64,000 bases of DNA from an uncultured Planctomycetota bacterium (lineage in GTDB: Bacteria; Planctomycetota; Planctomycetia; Isosphaerales; Isosphaeraceae). Under the pieces are notes generated by a model, which saw only the letters and a program-made list of their open reading frames with translations, was not told the origin of the DNA and did no database searches. Of the stretch, positions 38,801-48,308 are shown piece after piece. The position numbers and the translations under genes are program-made. The stretch covers positions 2,144,001-2,208,000 of the forward strand of contig CAWGMQ010000010.1 of assembly GCA_963823665.1 (NCBI GenBank), written 5' to 3'. Position 1 is the stretch's first letter, and each line of letters opens with the position of its first letter.

Positions 38801-41800
38801 GAGAATGGTGCGCCGTGGTGTAGACATGCCCGTTCGAGATCGTGAATCCCGCAAGGCTGTAATCATCAGTGGCCGATTGATACGCGATCGGGGTCTGGCC
38901 CAGAAGGGTTGGACTGGTGGGGTTGGCCAGCGAGTAGATCAAAAGAGTCGAGGGTGCGCCGCCGGGCTGCTGGGCGAGGACGACCAGCTCGTTGTTGTAG
39001 ACCTGGAGGGCGATAACCGACGCGCCGCCAAGATCGCCGGCGCCGAACGTCGAGAGGACGTTGGGCTGCGCGGGGTTTGAGATGTCCACGATGTCGATCC
39101 CGCTGCCGGCGCCAACGTAAGAATCCGTACCCAGGATTGCCACACCGCTCGCACCAGCGACCGGGGTCGTGCTCACCACGCCCAGTGGCGTGCCGCCCTG
39201 CGTGGTCTGGCTACTGATCTCCAGCGTCGTCGTCACGGTCCCGGTTCCGGCCGGGAGCGTGGCCGGGGTCGTGCTCAGGGTTGCCGTCACCGGGATGCCG
39301 ATCTCGAGCGTCCCGGTGCCGGTCGCGCCCGCGATCGGGTTGCCGGAAGCATCGGTTACGGTCACGTTGATCGTGTCGTCACCGATCGCGAAACCGGTCG
39401 TGTCGAAAGTGCCAAGGTCGACATTCGTGAGCGCGGTGAGAACCTGAAGCGCGGTTGTGACGGGTGTCGATGTGAAGAGAACACTTCCCGATGGGTCCGA
39501 GACCGTGTACGAGACCATGGCCTGTTGTTGTTCGTTGACGGCGTTGAGAATCTCCGCCGAGACGTCGACCTGGCCTCCCGGCTGCGTGAACGTCGGGCTG
39601 GGAGTGACCGACGCGACCTGCACGAGTGCGGCGCGAGAGATCAATGAGCCGGTGGTCGACTGGGTGAGCTCGGTCGCCCCATCGACCGTCGCGGTGACCT
39701 GGAAGCTGAATGGCGAGAGATTTGTTGTCGAGGAATTCGTGAGCGTGACGGTGACCTGCGGCACGCCCATCGTCCCCACGGTGTCCTGGCCGGGCTGAAG
39801 CGTGATCGAAGGCTGGGAGAACGAGGCTGTGACGCCGCCCGGCAGGCCGGTAATGCTCAGATCATAAGTCGTTGCCTGTGAGCCCGTGTTCTGCAAGTTG
39901 ATCTGGAACGTCGCGGGCGACAGCGGCGCTTCGACCTGGCTGTTCGTCAGGAGGGAAAGCGTGAAATTGTGCGCGGCTTCATCGGTCAAGATCGAGTCGA
40001 GCGAGTCCAGAGACGTGCCGAGCGTGCCGGCCGCGGCGAGCAGTTCGGTGGGCGTCGTCGCGCTTGCGATCGCGGCCCGAGCCGAAGCGAACTGGGGGAG
40101 CAATGACGTGAGGAAAGCATCGGCGCCGAGCAGGCCGGTCACGGCGTCCAGGCTGGCAAGCGTCTGGCTTTCGGCGACCGGATCGGCCGGGTTCTGAACC
40201 AGACTGGTGAGCGCCGTGCTGAGATCATCGAGCTGGGCGGCCAGCGCGGTGTTTCCGAACTGGGCGGCCGTCGCCGAGGCGTCGGCGATCGCACTGGCGC
40301 CCGGTACCTCGACGGCGACGGGGATCGTGAGCGTTTGCGTCAGCGGCGATCCGGAAGGACCGAAGGTCGCGGTCACCGTGGCGACAAGCTGGCTATTCAG
40401 TGGCGTCGACTCGGCCGGTGTAAAGGTGACCGTTTCGGTGGTCGACTGACCCGGTTGCAACGAGACGGGGCTCAGGCCGCTCAGGGCCAGACCCGACGAT
40501 TGGACCGATGTCAACGTCACGTTCGACTCGGTCACGTTACCGGTGTTGGTGATCGTCAAGGTGTCGGTGACCGGTGTCCCGGGAATGGCATTGAGCGACG
40601 TCGTACTGCCGGTGACGGTCACGGCATCAATGGAAGGAACGGTGAACGACTCGGTGGCCGAAGCGGTGTTGCTGGTGGTCGTCGCGCTGGTTGCGGTGAC
40701 GTCGAACGACACATTCGTGCCCGGCGCCGGGAGCGTGCCCGAGGGTTCGAGAACAAGCCCGACTTCGGCCGTCGCGCCGGGCTGGACGTCGATCTGCGAG
40801 ACGCTGGTCAGCGCCGTGAAGCCGGCCGGCACACTGGTGACGCTCAGGTTGTACTGGTCTTCAGTCGTCCCCTCGTTTTCGATGCCGACGCGGAACACAG
40901 TGGGAAGCTCCGCGCCGCCCGAGGGAAGGGTGAAGAGCGAGTCGGGGGCGACGGCCACGGCGAGGGAGCCAGGGCCGGAGAGACTTGCCAGGGCCGGGTC
41001 GGGCGGGGGCGAAACCAGGAAATCAGGGAGGGGCGGATCAAACAGGGTGGCGAGGCTACCGAGAGCTAGACCACCCCCAAGCCCGAACACGACTGCGCTC
41101 AGATAAAAAGCTCCTGGTATGAAGATAATTGCAACTCCGACAATGGCGAGAAGGGCCCCATATGCTGCATCGTTGAGCCCTTTCGTTCGGACGTACTTCT
41201 TGAACGCCGCCGGGTCGAAATATGATCTGTAGTCGAGATCAAGCTTCTCGATGCCGTAGAATACAACGCCCGAGACCAACGCGGTGACGCCGGCGACCGC
41301 GGCATACTCTGTAAGTCCCTGGTTCCCCCCGTCCTGGGTCACGCCGATGGTCTGCCCTGTGGTCGGGTCGATCTCGTACCAGGCGACAGTGGCCGCGCCA
41401 TTCACCAGCACGCTCTGGCTCGGCACGATCACGAGCTGACCCGCGTCGACTTCCGTCGTGATCTCGGCCTTGGCATCGGCCGAGATCGCGAGCGAACCAA
41501 GCACCGACAGGTTCGCCGCGGTGATGGCGACGATTGCGATCCCCTGCGATTGCGCCTGCTGGATGATGCTAGCCGAGTTGACGGGCGTCGGCTGGGTGCT
41601 ACCTGGCGCCGCGTTGAGCGTCAGGACCTGGGCCTCGGCCAGGTTCTCGAAGAGACCGTAATCCAGGTTGAACGCCACGATCGCGGCCGTGTTCTGGCCG
41701 GGATAGGCGATTGCCTCGATCGCATCGTTTCGCAGATCGATCGCAAAGGTGAGCGTCGGCGTGGTCGAACCGGCCGGGGTCGTGAGCACTCCTGAGGAGA

Positions 41801-43595
41801 TCACGACGCGCGGGCGGGCATAATACGCGGTGATCAGTCCTGCCTGCTCCAGACCCAGGAGCGAGATGTTCGAGGCGAAGAAGAAATCGTCGGCATTCAG
41901 CTCGGTTGTCAGCATGACATCACGTTGTGCGAGGGCTTCCTCGCCCGGATCGACATTCCCCGCCGCCTGATCGGCTGAGAGCTGCTGCTGAACCTGCGTC
42001 AGCTCGTTGATTATCGTGCCGACGGCCTGGGTCGCCACGGGGCCGGGCTGGACGTTGACCGTCCAGACAGACAGCGGCGAGACGCTCGGCCCGCCGGCGG
42101 GATTGATCGAAGTGGAAGAGCTTCCTCCATTCTGACGTGCCGCGTAGCCGATCGCGTCATAGAGCGCTCGCTCGTAAGACTGGGTCGGACCCTCTGGCCC
42201 GCTTTGATTGATGGTCAGGAAGAGCCCCGTCAGAACCTGGCTGCTAAAAGGAAGGGTCGTGAGCACCTCCTGAAAAGACGTGCCGCGGATCAGGTCCGAC
42301 TGGGTCGAGGGATAGGCGTCGTCGTTCTGAGCGATGAACGGCGAGTATGTGTTGGTAGTGGCCGAGGCAAACAGGGCCGAGACCGAGTTTGTGCTGACGA
42401 AGTTGCCGATCGAGAGCGGCCGTCCCACGAGGTCCACGTCATTGAATGTCTGGTCAAGGACGGTCGTGTCGGTCTGCCCTGACTGTCCAAAAAGGCTGCT
42501 GGCGGTGTTGGTGATCTCGGCGACGAGCTGGATCTCGGTCGTCTCGCGGAGGCTGTCGGGAACCTCGGCAAAGGTCGTGGACGCGGTGGTGAATGACTGC
42601 CCGGCCGTGGCGCCAGCGATCAACGGATCGGCGTCCTGCATGCCGCTGCCCGTATTGAACTGGAACCAGTAGTGATTCTCCGTTTCAGACAGCAGCTCGG
42701 GGTCGTTGGCGGGATCGGAGAGCGTGGCCCCAGCCGGGATGAGTCCCGAGATGCGATCGGGCTCCGGAAACATCGAAAGGATGAGCGATTGCGCCTGACT
42801 CTGCGACAGCGTGCCCCCGACATACTGGGCCGGTACGCCCGAGGCGCGCATCAGGGCGATGCCCAAGCTCGCGACGTCGAGCGAGTTGCCGGCGTCGGCC
42901 CAGAGCGTACCGCGGGCCCCTCGAACCGAGCCAATGTATGAGTTGTAGCCGATCTGCGTGTGCAGAAAGTCGAAGATCTGGGTCGGGTCGTAGTTGAGCT
43001 CCGCCGCCTCCTCCTGGATGAACGGGTCAGTGGTGTTGGCGTCGGGCGTGGAGGCCAGCAAGCTGGAGTCAACGTTGCCGGGACTGAGCACGGCCGCGGC
43101 AGTTGTATTCGAGACGGAGGCTCCATCGAGCGTGGCGACTGCTTGCGCGCCGGCATCGAGTTGCGTGGTCGAGGGCGCGGGCAGGTTGACAGTCAGCGTC
43201 ACGCTCGATCGCTCAAAGCCGGCAATCGTGCCCAGGTTCCACGCCAGCTTCTGCCCACTCTGGACAGGCGATTGCGAGTCACTGGCGATCGTCACGCCCG
43301 GTGCCAGGGTCGTCGTCAGCAATACACCGGTTTCGGGGTCCGCCTGCTCGTTGTAGACGGTGTATGTGATCGCGACTTGATTATTTTGCACCTCACCGAC
43401 GAAATACGAAGGTAAGGCAGGAGTAGTCGATGACGTTGGCTGCGGAACACTGAGCGTTCGCCCCACGACGATCGTCGACGGAAGGCCCGAGTCCAGCATC
43501 AAGCGATCTTCCAGCCGCTCGAACGATGTCCGATGCAGTCGCCGCAACATCGCCTCGCGATTCCCTTTGCGCTTCCTCGGCGCACGATATACCAT
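35888..43595 (-). CDS. Giant (~2,570 aa) exoprotein: planctomycete leader, transglutaminase-like domain, hydrophobic insert, Ig-like repeats, LVIVD-like propeller; frameshift near 37410
   Basis: FERLEDRLML leader; RGARGTLW..AGNSLDVASL..ALMRASGVPAQYVGG, HYW and DADP; repeated 'VTNTG..D.Y.L' Ig units; DI(S/T)NP.(S/Q)P repeats. ORFs 37245..43595 and 35888..37426. Confidence 0.85.
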
Positions 43596-44006
43596 CTCGG
43601 TATTCTCCGGCGGAACAGCATGTCGTCGTGCACACGCCGTCAGCAGTTCCGGTAATGTTCAGTATTGCAATGTTCATAGAGATCGCGCTGGAAGCACGTT
43701 TCATTTCATGCAAGCCATCCATTTTTCCAAAATTCGGTGATTTTCCGCAAGGAAGAAATCTATGGATGCTTGAGCACTTGCTTGTGCCCGTGCATGCAGT
43801 TTGAGCGGTCTCTGTAGCTTGATGCCGGGCAAACACGCTAGATCTTGGCCTGCGCGGGCTGTCTAGCGGACCATCTGCGGCTCAACCCATCGCCGAGCAT
43901 CGAGGGCGCCACTAACTGGCCTCGGCTCACAATCCCACTGGCTAGGCGCACGGTCAGGCTGCACTCCCCTCAATAGTCGAGATACACATGGGTGTCTGCT
44001 TTCTCG

Positions 44007-44037
44007 TCGCGGAATACGAAGGCGATGTGATCGCGGA
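44007..44037 (+). repeat. 31-bp direct repeat, copy 2
   Basis: Identical to 35798-35828. Confidence 0.92.
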
Positions 44038-44124
44038 TTATGCCGCCGGGGATGCCGCGTCACTAACCGCCCCCGGCACCGGGGAGGGACCCGTCCAGGT
44101 TCCGGTGTAATCGATTCGCGAATT

Positions 44125-44374
44125 AGCGATTCAGACAGACGCTCAGCTCTTCCGGGCGGCGAGTTTTTTCACGAACGCCGCATGCTCGGCCGAGCGAAGG
44201 CCGCGTCCCAGAGTCTGCAAGAGGCGGGCCACATCGTACTTCCAGAGCGCCGGCCCATCGAGCCACAGGCCAGGAAAAACTCGCGAGCGAAAAACGCCCT
44301 TGGACGTGGGCTGGCACAATTCGTAAACGCCTTTGACCAGGCGATGCCAGCGGATCTCCTCTTCCTCCATGAGA
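44125..44374 (-). pseudogene. 3' remnant of a second Uma2 gene
   Basis: MEEEEIRWHRLVKGVYELCQPTSKGVFRSRVFPGLWLD...KKLAARKS closely matches 34414-34667, including sequence past the stop codon. The 5' two-thirds is missing. Confidence 0.88.
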
Positions 44375-44491
44375 GAGGTATGGGAGCCAGCCCGGCAACG
44401 GAATATCCACCGGGTTTGTGCGAATAGCTTCCTGGCGTGGCTTTTTGTTGTGCGATTGCGATCGGCGATCTTATAGCCGAGGAGTTCCACC

Positions 44492-45070
44492 ATGACGGCC
44501 GAGCGATTCAGTCCCCGCGACGACACTGATGGCCGGCCGGAAGACGAGTTTCGTGGTGGCCGGCGCGATTGGCGACGCTGGTGGGACGACAAGGCAGAAG
44601 CCTTGGACCCCGAAAGATGGAAGGCGATGGCGTCCGCCTGGTCGTGCCTGTGGCAAGATGCGGTCAAGAGAACAGAAACCGAGCAAGGGTCGCGCACGGC
44701 GACCAAGACCTGTCCCTACTGCGCCGAAGAGATCAAGCAAGCGGCAATCAAGTGCAAACATTGCGCCACCTGGCTGGTCCCGGTGCCGGAGTCGGCCCGA
44801 TCCGAAATCTTCTCGGGTCATCGCGAAGTGGACCCTGCCCTCCGCAAAGGTTACGCACCGCCACGGCTCACTCGCTCCACCGCGGATGCGACGGCAGCCG
44901 GCGTCTTGAGTGGTTTGGGACATTTCTTCGGGGTGGACCCAACCTGGCTACGGATCGCCTACGTCGTTGGGACGATCTTCACGGCCATCATCCCCGGCAT
45001 CGCCGTTTATGTGATACTGGCTGTCCTCATCCCCCGCGATGCTCCCGCCGATGGCCTGGGTATGGAATAA
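44492..45070 (+). CDS. Zinc-ribbon + PspC domain membrane protein (start uncertain)
   Basis: CPYCAEEIKQAAIKCKHC zinc ribbon, then LTRS....AAGVLSGLGHFFGVDPTWLRI...YVILAVLIP. Confidence 0.82.
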   Translation: MTAERFSPRDDTDGRPEDEFRGGRRDWRRWWDDKAEALDPERWKAMASAWSCLWQDAVKRTETEQGSRTATKTCPYCAEEIKQAAIKCKHCATWLVPVPESARSEIFSGHREVDPALRKGYAPPRLTRSTADATAAGVLSGLGHFFGVDPTWLRIAYVVGTIFTAIIPGIAVYVILAVLIPRDAPADGLGME

Positions 45071-45333
45071 CTAGCAAGAAGCACCTTCCCACGGAACTCA
45101 GCGACAGCCTCGACGATGGCGTGCTTTAGATTCCGAGCAAATGCCGTGCGATCCAACATGGCCCCACCGCTAGATTTCAGCGGCCCGCCGCGAAGGCGAT
45201 TCCGCTTGTCGTATTACAAATTGATCGGCCGGGAACTCCTCGCACGATGGCTGCATATCCAGCGCTCGGCCTTCCCGACCTGATCTTCAGCAGGGCCCTG
45301 GTCAGCCTCAGTCGCTCGTCCGGCAACAATCTG

Positions 45334-45630
45334 TCACGTTCGTGTCACTCGTTTTCGACTAGTGTACGTCATCCTCTCTCGAGTGAATGGGTTGACACTC
45401 TCCTTCGTCAGAACCTCGACATTCTCCTCTGAAAAGAGAACCTTTCCCTTGAGCCACATTTCAAAGAACCCAGTCAGCGTATACCGTTCCGGCCACACGC
45501 CGAAGTCTTCGTACGTGAAGATATGATGGGCCGCATCAGCACAGTCCACACAGGAGAAGATATGACAGCCCCAGTCAGAAAACGGTAACAGGCCATGCTT
45601 CCACGGACCTGTCTTGTATTCGCTTCCTGC
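45334..45630 (-). pseudogene. C-terminal fragment of an SMI1/KNR4 (SUKH) immunity-like protein
   Basis: WKHGLLPFSDWGCHIFSCVDC...TLTGFFEMWLKG. The N-terminal LPxxY..NGG part is not visible, and the segment is more AT-rich than its flanks. Confidence 0.6.
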
Positions 45631-45666
45631 ACTAGGGTCCCGTCTTGGAGCCTGGCCGGCCAACTT

Positions 45667-46311
45667 TCACGGCCGACCGACCCGAAAAGAATCCCAAAAA
45701 AGAACACTGATGATCCACGCGAAGGCCAGCAGCATGGCAATCGAATAGCCGGCCCGCCCGGCAACCGACATCGCCGCCGCCCGCCGCCCGCCAATTTCGA
45801 TCTCCTGGGCCAACAAAGCTCTCCGGTATCCCGCGAGGAGCATCAGCATCAGCACGATTGCCCCCGAGATGATCCACGTTAGATCAAATCGAATCAGCCA
45901 GAGACCAAACGAAATCAACCCGATCACAAGCATCACGTGGATCGTCTTGATCCGGGTTCGTCCCATGGCCTGCACGGCTAGCCGTCGCATGGCAATCCGC
46001 GCGACGCCCAGTACCAGTAGACTGATCCCCACGCTGGCCGCGACCGGCCACCACACCTGCCAGAGGCCGATCGCCGATGTCGGCTGGACCACGACAGGTC
46101 CAATTCGGCCTCCGGTCGGAGGATAGATGTACTTCACGACGCTGCCATCGGGCAACTGGCGAATCGAGGTACCGCTAGTGCCTGGTGCTGTGGCGGGTAT
46201 CCACGTCCACTTCGGCTCCAGGGCCGCACGGAGTGCTGCCAGGTTCACCCCGACGATCAGGATCGCGACCAGCAGCCACCCCAGCCAGACGTGCACGCGA
46301 GATTGCCCCAT
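45667..46311 (-). CDS. Hypothetical membrane protein
   Basis: About five hydrophobic segments in a 214-aa ORF. Confidence 0.65.
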   Translation of the reverse strand: MGQSRVHVWLGWLLVAILIVGVNLAALRAALEPKWTWIPATAPGTSGTSIRQLPDGSVVKYIYPPTGGRIGPVVVQPTSAIGLWQVWWPVAASVGISLLVLGVARIAMRRLAVQAMGRTRIKTIHVMLVIGLISFGLWLIRFDLTWIISGAIVLMLMLLAGYRRALLAQEIEIGGRRAAAMSVAGRAGYSIAMLLAFAWIISVLFWDSFRVGRP

Positions 46312-46522
46312 CGTCGTGCCTCGATTTACATTCGACGGGTTAGCCGAGCCGCAGCCACAGCCCGATCAGGCCGATCTCCCTGCAGCCACGTTCAGAATTG
46401 CAGGGCCCGTCTTGCATGTAAAGACGTGCGACGATTGCCGGGAGCTCGTCTGGTAAACTGGTGTTCGACCTGTCAGGCTTATTGCAGGTCGCCATCACCG
46501 ACGAAAAGAAAGGGACCGAACA

Positions 46523-47926
46523 ATGCCACAACGGTTCATCCTCGGCCTCACGATTGCTATGTCCGTCGCCTTCCCGGCTCCGCAAGTCGGAACTCTGCCG
46601 GTTCGCCCGAGTGCGCAAGACAGCAAGGCTCGATTCGACGTTTCGGACATCTCTTATCTCTGGCCGGTCCCGAAGACTCCGGCAGAAGTCGCCGCCTTGA
46701 TCTCGGCCGACACAGCCAGCAATGACACAAAGAATCCGATCTGGGACGACACCGCGTTCAAGCGCATGCTCGAGATCGTGACGAGCGACGAAGCCGCGAT
46801 CAAGCACCCGAACGGCGCGACGCGGCGGATCGGTCTTCGGCCCGAGTTCCGCGACCGAAAGAACTGGAAGGTCGTCGCTTTCCGCGCCGACCCGAGCGCA
46901 CCCGGCGGGCATCCGTCAATCGTCGAGAAGTTCGGTTCGACACCGCAGCTCCGCCTGGTCCTTCAGCCAGTCACCCTCGAAGCAGGCAACGTGAAAGTCC
47001 ATGATTTCACGGTGCACCTCGTCTACTCCTACTTCACGCCCAAGGAAGCCCCCAAGCCGGGCTTCGTCCCCCCGGCGAACGCAGACACAAACAAGTTCCG
47101 CCAGATCCTCGATGACCTGGCCGCACTCAAGGCCAAGCTCAAGGACAAGGGGATCGATACACAAGGCTTGCCGCTTGGTGTCCACCCTGGGCTGAAGGAT
47201 AATGCTGGTGGTTCTAGCTTCTCGAGTGGCGTCCAGGCGCTCCTGACGCGGCACGTCAACGTTCAGAACTTGAGCGCGATGGCTTTCATGGGGCTTCCCG
47301 ACTCCTCCCCCCAGCCCTGGATCTTCGTGGCGGCCCGGAACCAGGGCGATGCGACATTCGCCCCATTTGATCTCCCGACCATCGCGCTCAAACCAGCGCA
47401 GATGTTCGACCGGTCAGACGGCGACCCGGTCGTCGTGCCGACTCCGCTTCCCGACAATCGCAGCCCGATCACCAACTCACTCGGAACGCCGGTCGCCGAT
47501 CGCCGCGGCGTCGCCACGCTCGCTCTCTTCGAAAAACAACTCAACCTCCACAGCTCGGCGCGCGTCAACGGATCCGGCCCCCCCATCCTCGACGCCGACG
47601 GGCTCGCGAATCAGGAGATCGCCGATTTGATCGCCAACCCCGAGAAGGCCCACTTCTTCAGCACCGACTGCTTCAGTTGCCATTCCGAGAGTACCCGCCG
47701 CGCCATCCTCTCTCTTCCGGCGAGCGCCGCATTTGGCTACAAGCGACCCAGCGGCATCTCGGGTGTCGACCCTGCGTTGCTGCCGAGCAATATCTGGATC
47801 GTTCGAAACTTCGGCTGGTTTCCCTCGGGTAGCGGCACCGTCAGCCCGACCGTCACCCAGCGCACCGCCAACGAAACGGCCGACTGCGTCCACTTCATCA
47901 ACAGAGTTTACTTCGGCAACCCCTGA
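46523..47926 (+). CDS. Secreted hypothetical protein with one C-terminal CxxCH motif
   Basis: Signal peptide MPQRFILGLTIAMSVAFPA; DCFSCH, RNFGWF and TQRTANET. Confidence 0.75.
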   Translation: MPQRFILGLTIAMSVAFPAPQVGTLPVRPSAQDSKARFDVSDISYLWPVPKTPAEVAALISADTASNDTKNPIWDDTAFKRMLEIVTSDEAAIKHPNGATRRIGLRPEFRDRKNWKVVAFRADPSAPGGHPSIVEKFGSTPQLRLVLQPVTLEAGNVKVHDFTVHLVYSYFTPKEAPKPGFVPPANADTNKFRQILDDLAALKAKLKDKGIDTQGLPLGVHPGLKDNAGGSSFSSGVQALLTRHVNVQNLSAMAFMGLPDSSPQPWIFVAARNQGDATFAPFDLPTIALKPAQMFDRSDGDPVVVPTPLPDNRSPITNSLGTPVADRRGVATLALFEKQLNLHSSARVNGSGPPILDADGLANQEIADLIANPEKAHFFSTDCFSCHSESTRRAILSLPASAAFGYKRPSGISGVDPALLPSNIWIVRNFGWFPSGSGTVSPTVTQRTANETADCVHFINRVYFGNP

Positions 47927-47933
47927 GATAACC

Positions 47934-47957
47934 AAAAAAAGGTGTCAGGAACCAAAT
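47934..47957. repeat. Single arm of an AAAAGGTGTCAGGAACC-type planctomycete intergenic repeat
   Basis: AAAAAAAGGTGTCAGGAACCAAAT lies just after the stop at 47926. No complementary arm is nearby. The family call is from recall. Confidence 0.45.
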
Positions 47958-48308
47958 ACAGGCTTTCTTATTCTGAAAGACGTCTCGCGCGGCCGCCGGC
48001 CCCGCTTGACTTGACTGGAGCTGGCATCGCCCGGTTCCGAATCGACGTGCACGGGATTAACCTTGGCCTGTTGATTTTCCGACGCGAGATTCGGCACCGG
48101 TCTGGTCGAACGTGTGCCTCTGGCGATATCATGAATCCCGGCAGTTTATCGTCCAGACGAGAATAATCTGGCCGACGACATCGCACGGAATGCGCTGGAG
48201 ATTTGATTTCGTCAATCGTCGTGAGCGACACCGCGCCGTTGGCAGCGCTCGTTCATCTGGACCTCCTCGGTTAGCTCGGGAACTTGTCTGGCGTCGGAGT
48301 ACTTCCAA

